Source of the DNA: Candidatus Omnitrophota bacterium
GTDB lineage: Bacteria; Omnitrophota; Gorgyraeia; JABMRN01; RBG-13-46-9
Length of the DNA stretch: 57,817 nt
Direction: 5' to 3'
Assembly (NCBI GenBank): GCA_024542975.1
Contig: JAMXCZ010000003.1
Location: forward strand, 1-57,817
Both the position numbers and the translations under genes were made by a program. This document shows, piece after piece, positions 26,776-37,301 of the stretch; positions within the stretch are counted from its first letter, which is position 1, and every line of letters starts with the position of its first letter. The notes under the pieces were generated by a model, which was not told the DNA's origin, did not search any database, and saw only the letters and a list, made by a program, of their open reading frames with translations.

Positions 26776-27671
26776 ATAACTCGGTTTTTCATAAGCCGGT
26801 AATGGCCAGAGAAGTAATCGAGTCTCTTTCTCTGAAAAATGGATACAAAATTTTGGATGCAACAATTGGCCTGGGAGGGCATGCGCGGCATATTCTGGAA
26901 AGAATACTTCCGGATGGTTTTCTGATAGGCGTAGATTGCGATGAGAATGCGCTCAAATTTGCAAAAGATCAATTGGCCGGATTCGGCAGTAAAACGCATA
27001 CGTTGTTGCACGGCAATTTCAGAAACATAGATGAGATTTTGTCGGGTCTCGCAATCGAGGCGATTGACGGAGCGCTCTTTGATTTAGGTATCTCAAGCTA
27101 TCAACTGAATGATGCAGGCCGCGGGTTTGGATTTGGAGGGGACGGGGCGCTTGATATGCGGATGGACCCTTCGCGCGGCCGCTCGGCATACGATATTGTC
27201 AATCGTTTGAAGAGGGATGAGCTCGAGAATATTATTCGTGACTTCGGCCAGGAGCGCTATTTCAGGAGGATTGCGGGATTTATCATAACGAGAAGGAAGG
27301 ATGGCCCGATTGAATCCACCGGAGAACTTGCGGCCCTTATTGGGAAGGCAGTCGGGAGGCGCTATCGATCCCAGAGGATACATCCGGCAACGCGGACCTT
27401 TCAGGCAATACGCATCGCTGTAAACGAGGAACTGGCAAATCTGGAAGAAGGCCTGTCCAGAGTGGTGGATTTTGTCAGGCCCCGCCGTAGAATTTGCGTC
27501 ATCTCTTTTCATTCTCTTGAAGACAGGATAGTCAAATTTAAGTTCAGGGAGCTTGCCAAAAGCGGCAAAGGCCGTGTGATTACAAAGAAACCGCTTACGC
27601 CTACGATTGAAGAAAAACGCGAAAATCCACGTTCACGCAGCGCAAAAATGCGCACCCTTGAGAAAATATGA
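26772..27671 (+). CDS. rsmH: 16S rRNA m4C1402 methyltransferase
   Basis: HKPVM, DATIGLGGH, DLGISSYQL, FQAIRIAVN and FHSLEDR motifs. Confidence 0.97.
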   Translation: MNNSVFHKPVMAREVIESLSLKNGYKILDATIGLGGHARHILERILPDGFLIGVDCDENALKFAKDQLAGFGSKTHTLLHGNFRNIDEILSGLAIEAIDGALFDLGISSYQLNDAGRGFGFGGDGALDMRMDPSRGRSAYDIVNRLKRDELENIIRDFGQERYFRRIAGFIITRRKDGPIESTGELAALIGKAVGRRYRSQRIHPATRTFQAIRIAVNEELANLEEGLSRVVDFVRPRRRICVISFHSLEDRIVKFKFRELAKSGKGRVITKKPLTPTIEEKRENPRSRSAKMRTLEKI

Positions 27672-28051
27672 ATAAAAGAAAATTTTTAAAGTCCATAGCA
27701 GGTATATCGTTATGTGCCATCCTGGCGTTGGGTTATGTGCATCAGGAGGTAGAAATCGTAAAAACTGGCTTTTTAATTAACAAACACCGCAGTGAGGTCT
27801 CCTTCCAGCTTGACCAATACCGCTCTTTGGTATATAATCTTTCCAGACTGGAATCGCCAAAGAGGGTAGAGGCTATTCTTTGCATGAATGACATTGCGCT
27901 TTGCATGCCGAAAGTGAAGAATAAACGGCGTTTCAGCCAGATAGCGCGCACTTATGATGAAGAAAAGCCCCGAATGAAAAAGAGCGAATCCCTTCTGGCG
28001 TACGTATTAGATCGATTTTCCACAAACGCAGAAGCTAAGGTTGCAGAGTGA
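27668..28051 (+). CDS. ftsL: FtsL-like division protein
   Basis: Positional call (between rsmH and ftsI), with TM, coiled coil and LESPKRVE. Confidence 0.6.
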   Translation: MNKRKFLKSIAGISLCAILALGYVHQEVEIVKTGFLINKHRSEVSFQLDQYRSLVYNLSRLESPKRVEAILCMNDIALCMPKVKNKRRFSQIARTYDEEKPRMKKSESLLAYVLDRFSTNAEAKVAE

Positions 28052-28104
28052 GCTATGGGCTTCGCCTTGCGTTCATAGCGCACGGCGCATAGCTTATAGC
28101 CCCT

Positions 28105-29796
28105 ATGCATATTAATTTTAACAAAACCCGCCAATTACTCATCACGAGCGTCGTTTTTGCTCTGTTTGCAACAGTCTTAACGCGCCTGTTTTATATCCAG
28201 ATAATACGCCATGAATTCTTCACGGGCTTGGCAAATAAACAGCATAAGTCTTTTGTCAAATTGCCGCCAAAAAGGGGTACGATATACGATAGCGCGGACA
28301 GGATAGTGGCAATTCATTTGGATACACCTTCCGTATATGCGGCGCCGAGGGAGATAAGTGATCCGGAAATGGTTTCCGGTATCCTGGCCGAAGAACTGGG
28401 GCTTGACGCGTTTTCGCTCCGGAAAAAACTCGCAAAAAACAGTAATTTCACGTGGATAAAAAGAAAAGCCGATCGCGCTCTCGGAGAAAAAATTAAAAAG
28501 CTCAACTTAAGGGGAGTGTATGTGGCCTCTGAAGGGAAAAGATTCTATCCGGGAGGAGAGCTATTCTCTCATGTGCTGGGGATTACGGGAATGGACCAGA
28601 CTGGGCTGGAGGGCCTGGAGTTCTATTACGACAGGCAGCTTACCGGGGAATATGGCTTCAGACGCTCTTACAGGGATGCCAAAAGAAGAGAGATCGTTTC
28701 TTCCCGGAACGATGTTTTGCCCGCGCGTAACGGAATAAACATCGTTCTCACCGCGGATGCTGTTATTCAGCACATAATAGAGAAGGAAATCGGCAATATC
28801 GCGGAACTCTACCGCCCGAAGGCAATTTCCTGCATTGCCATGGATCCCGGGACCGGTGAAATATTGGGCATGGCGAATTACCCCTCATTTAATCCCAACG
28901 CATTTTCCGGCATAAATCCCGGCTTTTTAAGGAACAGGGCCGTGACTGATTCATTTGAGCCGGGGAGCGTATTCAAGATGGTAACAGCGAGCGCCGCTCT
29001 GGAGGAAGGCGTGGTTGACTTTGAAAGCGAATTCTTTTGCGAAGAGGGAGCTATAAAAATCGGCAATCGGGTATTGCATGATTACAGGCCCCATGGTATC
29101 CTGAAATTCAGGGAGATAATAGAGAAATCAAGTAATATAGGCGTATACAAGGTCGCGGGGAGGCTCGGAAAAGAAAAGTTGTCCGCTTACATAAAGAAGT
29201 TTAACTTCGGGAGCAAAACCGGTATTGATTTACCGGGAGAAGCGCCCGGTATCCTGCGCGATGTTTCGGAATGGACTACTGCGGATATGGCTTCGGTGCC
29301 AATGGGCCATGGCATTACGGTCACGGTGCTTCAGCTTGTTTCGTGTGTTTCGGCAATTGCGAACGGCGGGGTTCTAATGAAGCCATACATTGCCAAAAAG
29401 CTGCTTAACGAAGAAGGAGCCCTAATACGGGAAAATAAGCCAACGCCAATAAGAAGAGTTATTTCGAAAGAAACAGCCGCCAAGGTCAAAGAACTGCTAG
29501 AGGGTGTTGTCGAGCGCGGCACGGGGAAACCGTCCAGGATCGATGACTTCAGGGTATGCGGCAAAACCGGAACTGCCCAGAAAGTCAACCCGAAAGGTGG
29601 CTATTACGATGACAGATATATCAGTTCTTTTGTAGGGTTTGCGCCTTACGACAGGCCGCGCGTTGCGTTGGCCGTGTGCGTGGATGAACCGCGCGGTAAA
29701 CATCTCGCAAGCCAGGTTTGCGCGCCGGCATTTAAGAACATGATGGAAGAGATTTTGTCTTACCTGGAAGCCGAAAGTGATAAAAATGAAGCTTAG
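28105..29796 (+). CDS. ftsI: Division class B PBP (PBP3)
   Basis: RGTIYD, GLE, EPGSVFK, SSN and KTGT motifs. Confidence 0.92.
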   Translation: MHINFNKTRQLLITSVVFALFATVLTRLFYIQIIRHEFFTGLANKQHKSFVKLPPKRGTIYDSADRIVAIHLDTPSVYAAPREISDPEMVSGILAEELGLDAFSLRKKLAKNSNFTWIKRKADRALGEKIKKLNLRGVYVASEGKRFYPGGELFSHVLGITGMDQTGLEGLEFYYDRQLTGEYGFRRSYRDAKRREIVSSRNDVLPARNGINIVLTADAVIQHIIEKEIGNIAELYRPKAISCIAMDPGTGEILGMANYPSFNPNAFSGINPGFLRNRAVTDSFEPGSVFKMVTASAALEEGVVDFESEFFCEEGAIKIGNRVLHDYRPHGILKFREIIEKSSNIGVYKVAGRLGKEKLSAYIKKFNFGSKTGIDLPGEAPGILRDVSEWTTADMASVPMGHGITVTVLQLVSCVSAIANGGVLMKPYIAKKLLNEEGALIRENKPTPIRRVISKETAAKVKELLEGVVERGTGKPSRIDDFRVCGKTGTAQKVNPKGGYYDDRYISSFVGFAPYDRPRVALAVCVDEPRGKHLASQVCAPAFKNMMEEILSYLEAESDKNEA

Positions 29797-31261
29797 AAAA
29801 CTCATTGAGGGTTCAGGCGCCGGGCGTATCGCTCACCTCCCGGAAATCGACATAAAAGCGGTCTCAACGAATTCAAAGGCCATAAAGAAGGGGAGCCTCT
29901 TTGTTGCGATCAAAGGTTTCAAAATGGACGGGCGCAATTTTTTAAAAGAGGCGTTCCTGCATGGGGCCGAGGCGGCGGTTGTCCAGGGCAAAATAAAGAA
30001 GCCGGGGAATAGCCGGAACATTATTACCGTTCGTGACGCCAGGAAGGCGGTTTCTGTTATTGCAAAAAACTTTTATAAGTCACCGTCCGAAAGGCTCAAG
30101 ACCGTCGGGATAACCGGAACAAACGGCAAGACTACGATAGCCCTGCTCGTAGAAAGCATGTTAAGGGGGTGCGGTGTCCCGTGCGGCATTATAGGCACGA
30201 TCGAGTACCGGTTTGGAAGGGATCGCATATCGGCTGAGAGGACTACGCCGGATGCCCTGCTTCTCAACAGTTTGCTTGATAGAATGCTGAAGCAGAAAGC
30301 TGAAGCTGTCGTTATGGAGGTTTCCAGCCACGCTCTTTGCCAGGGGCGGGTGGATAACATTTTTTTTGATGCCGCCATCTTTACAAACCTTACGCGCGAA
30401 CACCTGGACTACCACGGCAATATTGAAAACTATTTCAAAAGCAAAATGAGGATTTTCAGGCGCCTCAAGAAAAATGGCATAGCGATAATTAATGCGGATG
30501 ATAAAAAAGCAGTACGCATGGAAAAAATCCTGAAATGCAAAAAAATTACCTATGGCCTGAAAAAAAGAGCCGCCCTTACGGGCATTGTCAAAAAATTGGA
30601 TGTGAACGGCTCATCCTTTGATGTAAGATTGCGCAAAAAGTATGTTTTTTCAATCGATACGAAACTGGTTGGATTGCATAACATATCGAATATTCTTGCG
30701 GCCTCGGCGCTCGGCCTGTCTTTCGGGCTGGATCCGCTTTCCATAAAAGAAGGGATCGAACGCGTAAAGGCCGTAAGGGGCAGGCTCGAGCCGGTTGGCA
30801 CAGGGGGTCGGGATTTTAGTGTATTTGTGGACTATGCGCATACGCACGATGCCCTGGAGAATGTCCTCAAATTTTTAAACCATGCCGGAACAGGGAAGAT
30901 TATTACTGTGTTTGGCTGCGGCGGAGAGAGGGATAGGGGTAAAAGGCCGCTTATGGGGCGCATTGCGCAGGATCTTTCGGACTTTAGCGTAATAACAAAT
31001 GATAACCCGCGCGGAGAAAGCCCGGAAAAAATCGTCCGCGAAATTGAAAAAGGTATGGATAGAAAAAAGCGGAACTACACCGTGGCCCTGAATAGAAAAA
31101 AAGCCATAGAAATTGCCTTAAAAAAAGCGGGAAAAGATGATATAGTGTTGCTTGCGGGCAAGGGGCATGAGACAGAACAGGTTTTGCGCAGGCGGAAAAT
31201 ATTTTTCAATGATAAAAAAACGGCGGAGGATATACTGGCAGGGCCGTATTTTAGGAAATAA
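29786..31261 (+). CDS. murE: UDP-MurNAc-tripeptide synthetase (DAP type)
   Basis: GITGTNGKTT, MEVSSH, DYAHT, DNPR and AGKGHE motifs. Confidence 0.96.
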   Translation: MKLRKLIEGSGAGRIAHLPEIDIKAVSTNSKAIKKGSLFVAIKGFKMDGRNFLKEAFLHGAEAAVVQGKIKKPGNSRNIITVRDARKAVSVIAKNFYKSPSERLKTVGITGTNGKTTIALLVESMLRGCGVPCGIIGTIEYRFGRDRISAERTTPDALLLNSLLDRMLKQKAEAVVMEVSSHALCQGRVDNIFFDAAIFTNLTREHLDYHGNIENYFKSKMRIFRRLKKNGIAIINADDKKAVRMEKILKCKKITYGLKKRAALTGIVKKLDVNGSSFDVRLRKKYVFSIDTKLVGLHNISNILAASALGLSFGLDPLSIKEGIERVKAVRGRLEPVGTGGRDFSVFVDYAHTHDALENVLKFLNHAGTGKIITVFGCGGERDRGKRPLMGRIAQDLSDFSVITNDNPRGESPEKIVREIEKGMDRKKRNYTVALNRKKAIEIALKKAGKDDIVLLAGKGHETEQVLRRRKIFFNDKKTAEDILAGPYFRK

Positions 31262-31262
31262 T

Positions 31263-32597
31263 ATGAAATTAGAGGATTTGGCAAAAAACCCGGAATTAAT
31301 ATCGATAGATTCCCGGGTTATAAAGCGCGGCGGGATTTTTATCGCAATAAAAGGCGCGAGGTTCGACGGGCACGACTTTGTGAAAGAGGTATTTAAAAAA
31401 GGCGCTTCATATGCCGTAGTTTCAAAAGAGATGGCGCTCGCCGCTTCGGATAGGAAAAGAATTATCAAAGTGAAAGATACGGTTTGGGCGCTGGGGGAGA
31501 TTGCGAAATTCCACAGGCAGCGGTTTAATATCCCTGTTGTGGCCGTTACCGGAAGTAATGGCAAGACAACGGTAAAGAACATGGTTGCCTTTGTTCTGTC
31601 GGCCGGGTATAACGTTTTAAAAAATGAGGCGTCTCGAAATAACCTCATAGGGCTTCCGCTTACGTTGCTTGGGCTCAGGAAAAAACACCGGGTTGCGGTG
31701 CTGGAAATGGGTATGAATCGCTTGGGAGAGATCGACAGATTGAGTGGCATAGCACTACCCCGGATAGGGGTAATAACAAATATCGGGCCATCGCATCTTG
31801 AATTTTTAGGTACGCTTACAAATGTGTTGAAAGCCAAGTCAGAGCTTTTAAAGAGGCTGTCCGGAAGTGCCACGGCAATTCTAAATGCGGACGACGCATA
31901 TTTAGGTAAAATCAGGGGGCTTAAGTGTAGGACGGTTTATTTCGGGATAGAGAAAAAATGTGAATTTCAGGCAAAGGATTTGCAGTATAAGAACAATAAA
32001 TGGTATTTTTCCCTGGGAAAGGGAAAAAATTTTGAAATACCCATTCTGGGGAGGCATAACGTATATAACGCCCTGATCGCGATTGCGGTTGGGAGGCAAT
32101 TTGGGTTGAGCTTTTCTACAATTGCCAAAAGAATCAGGCAGTACAGGCAGCCGTCCTCTATGAGGCTGGAAGCCGAAAGTGTTCTCGGCGTAAAAATTTT
32201 AAACGACACTTATAACTCCAATCCCATATCCATGGAGTGCGCAATTGCAGCGCTTGCCAGGTACGAAACCCGCGGAAAGCGGATAGTGCTCTGTGGGGAT
32301 ATGATGGAGCTGGGCGAGCATGCGCAGGCCTGGCATGAGGCTGTCGGCAGACTGATAGCGAAGCATCCGATCGATGCCCTTGTAACGCTGGGTAAGTTCT
32401 CAAAATTTACAAGTGACGCGGCAAAAAAGATGGGCATAGAAATACTTTGTCATGCGGAGTCAGGGCGCGAGGCGGAAAAATTTCTGAAAAAGATCACAAA
32501 GCCCGGGGACGTAGTCCTGGTAAAGGGCTCGCGCGCGATGAAAATGGAAAAAGTCATCGAAAGGTTGAGAAAGAAACAACCAAAAAAAGGAACATAA
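31263..32597 (+). CDS. murF: UDP-MurNAc-pentapeptide synthetase
   Basis: SIDSR, TGSNGKTT, LEMGM, NDTYNSNP and KGSR motifs. Start placed at ATG 31263. Confidence 0.95.
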   Translation: MKLEDLAKNPELISIDSRVIKRGGIFIAIKGARFDGHDFVKEVFKKGASYAVVSKEMALAASDRKRIIKVKDTVWALGEIAKFHRQRFNIPVVAVTGSNGKTTVKNMVAFVLSAGYNVLKNEASRNNLIGLPLTLLGLRKKHRVAVLEMGMNRLGEIDRLSGIALPRIGVITNIGPSHLEFLGTLTNVLKAKSELLKRLSGSATAILNADDAYLGKIRGLKCRTVYFGIEKKCEFQAKDLQYKNNKWYFSLGKGKNFEIPILGRHNVYNALIAIAVGRQFGLSFSTIAKRIRQYRQPSSMRLEAESVLGVKILNDTYNSNPISMECAIAALARYETRGKRIVLCGDMMELGEHAQAWHEAVGRLIAKHPIDALVTLGKFSKFTSDAAKKMGIEILCHAESGREAEKFLKKITKPGDVVLVKGSRAMKMEKVIERLRKKQPKKGT

Positions 32598-32598
32598 C

Positions 32599-33687
32599 AT
32601 GCTATATCATTTGCTTTACCCCCTGCGAGACCTGTGGTTCGGCTTTAACGTATTCAAATATATTACCTTCCGGGCCGCCATGGCAAGTATCACAGCTTTT
32701 CTTCTGAGCGTTATTCTGGGGCCCATAATTATTAAAATGTTGTCGCGCCTTAAGGTCGGAGAATTACCGCGAAGATCTTACGTCGAACCACTTTACCAGT
32801 TGCACAAACACAAAACCGGAACGCCTACGATGGGAGGCTTAATTATAATCGTTTCTGTGCTCATCTCTGCGCTACTTTGGTCGCGGCTTGACAATTCCTT
32901 CGTAATCCTCTGCCTCATAAGTATGCTATGGCTTGCCCTGGTCGGCTTCGTCGATGATTACATAAAACTGATCAAACCGGGGTCGCTGGGCTTAAGCGCT
33001 ACAACGAAGTTTGTGGGGCAGTTGCTTCTTGCCTTCGGGGTTGCGCTCTACCTATTTTTTACCCTGAACATGTCAACCGAGCTTTATCTACCGTTTGTGA
33101 AGAACGCGGTGGTTAATCTCGGCATATTCTATATCCTGTTCATGGTCCTTGTGATTGTCGGGGCCAGTAATGCGGTAAATATAACCGACGGCCTGGATGG
33201 GCTGGCGATAGGTTGCGTAAGTTTTATAGCGCTTACCTACGGCGTAGTAACCTATCTTACAGGCCACGTAGAATTAAGCAGCTACCTGAATATCTATTAT
33301 CTTGCCGGGTCCAGTGAACTTGCGGTGCTATGCGCGATAATTGCGGGCAGTGGCCTGGGATTTTTGTGGTTTAATTCCTACCCGGCGACGGTTTTTATGG
33401 GCGATACCGGTTCTCTTCCTCTGGGCGGGGCAATAGGCCTTATCAGCGTTTTGGTCAAGAAGGAGTTTCTTCTGCTTATCGTGGGTGGGATATTTGTTTT
33501 TGAAGTATTGAGCGTTATAATACAGGTTGTGTCTTTCAGGGTATTCGGCAGGAGGGTATTTTTGATGGCTCCCATTCATCACCATTTTCAGCTAAAGGGC
33601 TGGCCGGAATCCAAAATTACCGTGCGTTTCTGGATAATAGCGATTAGCCTTGGCCTCTTTGGGCTGGCAACGCTTAAGTTGATGTAA
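32599..33687 (+). CDS. mraY: Phospho-MurNAc-pentapeptide transferase
   Basis: KTGTPTMGG, NAVNITDGLDGL and MAPIHHHF motifs. Confidence 0.97.
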   Translation: MLYHLLYPLRDLWFGFNVFKYITFRAAMASITAFLLSVILGPIIIKMLSRLKVGELPRRSYVEPLYQLHKHKTGTPTMGGLIIIVSVLISALLWSRLDNSFVILCLISMLWLALVGFVDDYIKLIKPGSLGLSATTKFVGQLLLAFGVALYLFFTLNMSTELYLPFVKNAVVNLGIFYILFMVLVIVGASNAVNITDGLDGLAIGCVSFIALTYGVVTYLTGHVELSSYLNIYYLAGSSELAVLCAIIAGSGLGFLWFNSYPATVFMGDTGSLPLGGAIGLISVLVKKEFLLLIVGGIFVFEVLSVIIQVVSFRVFGRRVFLMAPIHHHFQLKGWPESKITVRFWIIAISLGLFGLATLKLM

Positions 33688-33689
33688 AA

Positions 33690-35018
33690 ATGGAAATTCG
33701 AAATAAAAAAATTACAGTAGTTGGGCTGGGAAACAGCGGCCTTGAGGCCGGCCTTCTTCTTGTGAAAGAAGGCGTTGGCGTATCGGTTACGGATAGCGGT
33801 GACACTGAAGCCATACGCGAGAATGCCGGGCGTCTTAGGGCAAAGGGAGTGCAAGTGGAGGCTGGATGCCATACGAAGGAATTTCTTGTGGGTACGGAGC
33901 TTCTGGTTGTAAGCCCGGGCGTGGAACCGAGAGCCTTACCGGTGCGTTATGCGGAAAAGGAGAACATTCCGATAATAAGTGAGCTCGAGTTGGGGTATCG
34001 CTTTTGTAAAGGCCGTATAGTGGCTGTTACGGGAACAAACGGGAAATCCACCGTAGTTTCGTTGCTTGGGGAAATTTTGCGGAAAGCGGGCATCCCGGTA
34101 TGTGTCGCAGGCAATATCGGAAATTCTTTATCGGGCGAGGTGCGGAACATAACGAAAGACACAGTGGTTATTCTCGAGGTGAGCTCAGCCCAACTCGAAC
34201 GGGTCGCGTCTTTCAGGCCTGAGATATCCGTCATATTGAATATTACTCCTGACCACCTTGATAGATACACCACTTTTCGGGAATACCGCGATTTCAAGGC
34301 GCGGATATACGAAAATCAAAAGGGCAGCGACACACTTGTCTTAAACGCCGACGATGAAAATATAAAGAACCTGGTGAAGTTCAAGGCTCCTTCCGCGAAG
34401 GTTCTTTACTTTAGCGCCCGGGGGAAAAGTAACCTAAAAAGTTTATTCGAACTTGGAAATACCGGGCTGAAAGGCGGGCATAACCTTGAAAATGTTCTGG
34501 CAGCCGGCATGATTGCGGGGCTCCTTGGTATCGGAGAAAGTTCGGTGAAGCGCGCCATAGAGAGCTTTGTGCCGCTCCGTCACAGATTTGAACGCATCGC
34601 AACGGTCGGCGGGATAGATTTTATCGATGACTCCAAGGCCACAAATATAGATTCAACTTACCGCGCCCTTAGTTCGCTCGATAGGCCCACTGTGCTCATA
34701 GCGGGCGGCAAGGACAAAAATATTTCATATGAAAAAATCCTGCCGCTCGTAGAAAAATCCGTAAAGAAAATCGTTCTTATCGGCGAGACGAGGCAAAAGA
34801 TGCGCGGCATTTTTAAGGGCAATGTGGCGCTTGAAGAAAAAGATTCGCTTGAGGGCGCGGTCCGTGCCGCCTTTAAGTCCGCCTCCTCCGGAGAATCCGT
34901 CCTTCTTTCTCCCATGTGCTCAAGTTTCGACATGTTCAGGGACTACAAACACAGAGGCGAAGTTTTTAAAAAAGCAGTTGAAAGATTAAAAAAAAGGGGA
35001 CGTCCTACTTTGCCGTAA
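33690..35018 (+). CDS. murD: UDP-MurNAc-Ala-D-Glu ligase
   Basis: VVSPG, TGTNGKST, DHLDRY, DDSKATN and SFDMF motifs. Confidence 0.96.
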   Translation: MEIRNKKITVVGLGNSGLEAGLLLVKEGVGVSVTDSGDTEAIRENAGRLRAKGVQVEAGCHTKEFLVGTELLVVSPGVEPRALPVRYAEKENIPIISELELGYRFCKGRIVAVTGTNGKSTVVSLLGEILRKAGIPVCVAGNIGNSLSGEVRNITKDTVVILEVSSAQLERVASFRPEISVILNITPDHLDRYTTFREYRDFKARIYENQKGSDTLVLNADDENIKNLVKFKAPSAKVLYFSARGKSNLKSLFELGNTGLKGGHNLENVLAAGMIAGLLGIGESSVKRAIESFVPLRHRFERIATVGGIDFIDDSKATNIDSTYRALSSLDRPTVLIAGGKDKNISYEKILPLVEKSVKKIVLIGETRQKMRGIFKGNVALEEKDSLEGAVRAAFKSASSGESVLLSPMCSSFDMFRDYKHRGEVFKKAVERLKKRGRPTLP

Positions 35019-35140
35019 CATATTATACCGCAATACGTTGCAACATGGCATTTTCCACATTATAGTGCTTGAAAACTGGAAAATGACCCATTCTAACGTA
35101 TTGACGGGTAAGGGGTTAGGGGAAAGGGGGACGTCCCCTT
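34994..35140. repeat. REPIN/MITE-like element with ~63-bp imperfect inverted arms
   Basis: AGGGGACGTCC...CAATACGTT...CATTTTCCA is mirrored by TGGAAAATG...AACGTATTG...GGACGTCCCCT. Confidence 0.75.
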
Positions 35141-35142
35141 AT

Positions 35143-36231
35143 ATGAGAATGCAAAATACACGAAGGTCTATCTTTATTATAACTATGATCTTAGTCATGC
35201 TCGGGGTTGTGCTTGTTTACAGCTCAAGCGCCATTTACGCGTATGAAAAATTCGGGAACAGCACATTTTTTTTTAAGAAACACATATCATTCCTCCTGTT
35301 GGGGTTTTTGCTCATGGTTTATATTATGTCTCTCGACATTGCCAAGATTGCCGGCGCGTCCCGGGCGCTATTCCTTATTTCGTTACTGTTTTTGGGGCTT
35401 GTTCTCCTGCCGGGCCTGGGAATTTCTGCCGGCGGGGCGCGGCGCTGGCTCAGGGCCGGTTTTTTTAGTTTCCAGCCGTCCGAATTTGCTAAATTTACGC
35501 TTATTACGTACCTGGCCGCTTTACTCGCAAAAAAGGGTTATAGGATAAAGGATCTTGCTTACGGGTACCTTCCGACGGTTTCGGCGATCGCCCTGGTTTC
35601 GGTTTTGATCTTGCTTCAACCGGACCTCGGTACGGCTGTGGCAGTTTTCTTTGTGGGTTTTGTGCTAATTTTTATCGCAGGGGGCAGGTTGAAACATCTC
35701 CTCACGACGGCGCTTCTCGGGGTGCCATTTTTGTATTATCTGATATTCAGCGTTCCTTACAGGCGTAAGCGAATGTTTATTTTTCTGAATCCCTGGCAGG
35801 ATCAGAAGGGGGCCGGATTCCAGATCATACAGTCGTTCCTTGCGCTCGGCTCCGGCGGCCTTCTCGGGGTGGGCCTGGGCCAGTCGAAGCAGAAGCTTTT
35901 CTATTTACCGGAAGCGCATACGGATTTCATATTTTCAATAATAGGGGAAGAACTGGGGTTTTTGGGGGCTGCTTCGGTTTTGGCGCTCTTCGGCGCATTT
36001 GTTTTCCTGGGTTTTCGCGCATTTTTTAATGAAAATCGCCCGTTTAATAAGTTGCTTATATTCGGCATAACAAGTATGATAGCGTTCGAAGCGTTTGTTA
36101 ACATAGGGATAAGCCTGGGCGTTTTTCCGACCAAGGGGTTGCCCCTGCCGTTTGTAAGCTATGGCGGAAGTTCGCTCGTGTTCCATATGGCGGCGGTGGG
36201 CCTTCTGTTAAATGCAATGAGGGAAGCATGA
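35143..36231 (+). CDS. ftsW: SEDS peptidoglycan polymerase FtsW
   Basis: GARRW, FQPSEFAK, QPDLGT, LPEAHTDF and SYGGSS motifs. Confidence 0.95.
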   Translation: MRMQNTRRSIFIITMILVMLGVVLVYSSSAIYAYEKFGNSTFFFKKHISFLLLGFLLMVYIMSLDIAKIAGASRALFLISLLFLGLVLLPGLGISAGGARRWLRAGFFSFQPSEFAKFTLITYLAALLAKKGYRIKDLAYGYLPTVSAIALVSVLILLQPDLGTAVAVFFVGFVLIFIAGGRLKHLLTTALLGVPFLYYLIFSVPYRRKRMFIFLNPWQDQKGAGFQIIQSFLALGSGGLLGVGLGQSKQKLFYLPEAHTDFIFSIIGEELGFLGAASVLALFGAFVFLGFRAFFNENRPFNKLLIFGITSMIAFEAFVNIGISLGVFPTKGLPLPFVSYGGSSLVFHMAAVGLLLNAMREA

Positions 36232-37301
36232 GGGTTCTTGTTGCGTCCGGCGGAAGCGGCGGACATATTTTTCCGGCAGTTTCACTTGCAAAAGAACTCG
36301 CCCGGCGGGGAGCGGAGACAATTTTTGTTGCGAGCAGAAGGCGTCTGGACAAAAAAATTCTACAAAACGCGCCGTATAAGACGATATTTCTTTCGGTTAA
36401 CCCTATGCCGTATAAATTCGGATGGCGTGTAATAGTTTTTTTGATTAAATTAGCCCTTGACAGTTTTCAGGCGATGTATATTCTTGTAAGGTACAGGCCG
36501 GATGCCGTTGTGGGTTTCGGGGGATATACCGCGGGCGCGATAGTCCTTTTGGGATCTATCATGCGCGCCAAGACCATAATACACGAGCAGAACGTAGTCC
36601 CGGGCAGGACAAACAGGTTCCTTGATCGGCTGGTCGGGCAGGTCGCCGTAAGCTTCTCCGAAACACGAAAATATTTTAAAAATAAAAATGTCACTCTTAC
36701 CGGCAATCCTGTGCGTGAGGAGAGCCTGAAGGAATGCCGCGCCTACTCATACGATAAGTTCAATTTGGAAAAGGGCAAGTTTACGATACTTGTCATGGGC
36801 GGCAGCCAGGGGGCAAGTTCGCTCAATAGGTTGGTTTCGGGAGGCTTAAGGCGCCTGCCGCAGGAAGAAAAGGATAAACTTCAGGTTCTTCACATCACAG
36901 GTTCCGGGGATTTTGAGAAGTTTCGCAGCTTCTATTCTGCAAACGGTATAAAGGGGAGGGTATTTGACTTTGTCGAAAATATAAATGAGGTATATAGCGC
37001 CTGCGACCTGGCTGTCAGCCGTTCGGGCGCAGCGGCCATATGCGAACTGGCTTCACACGGAAAGCCCATGGTGCTCATACCATATCCGGCAAGCAGAAAT
37101 AACCAGCGTTTTAACGCGATTTTTCTCCGGGACAAAGGGGCAGCTCTCTATAGAGACCAGGAAAAACTGAGCGAAGGGGAAATAGGAAGCCTGATAAGCG
37201 AATTAATGACTGACTCCGAAAAAAGGAAAGACCTGTCCGGCAATGCGAGGAAGCTCGCCATTGTCGATGGGGCGAGGAGACTGGCGGAAATCGTATTATG
37301 A
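36228..37301 (+). CDS. murG: Lipid II GlcNAc transferase
   Basis: GGSGGHIFP, HEQN, GNPVR and GGSQGA motifs. Confidence 0.96.
   Translation: MRVLVASGGSGGHIFPAVSLAKELARRGAETIFVASRRRLDKKILQNAPYKTIFLSVNPMPYKFGWRVIVFLIKLALDSFQAMYILVRYRPDAVVGFGGYTAGAIVLLGSIMRAKTIIHEQNVVPGRTNRFLDRLVGQVAVSFSETRKYFKNKNVTLTGNPVREESLKECRAYSYDKFNLEKGKFTILVMGGSQGASSLNRLVSGGLRRLPQEEKDKLQVLHITGSGDFEKFRSFYSANGIKGRVFDFVENINEVYSACDLAVSRSGAAAICELASHGKPMVLIPYPASRNNQRFNAIFLRDKGAALYRDQEKLSEGEIGSLISELMTDSEKRKDLSGNARKLAIVDGARRLAEIVL

Noticed and set aside
28052-28104. Small GCTATG/CATAGC palindromic stretch between ftsL and ftsI as an ncRNA
   Set aside because: Too short and degenerate to support a call. At most a repeat scar.
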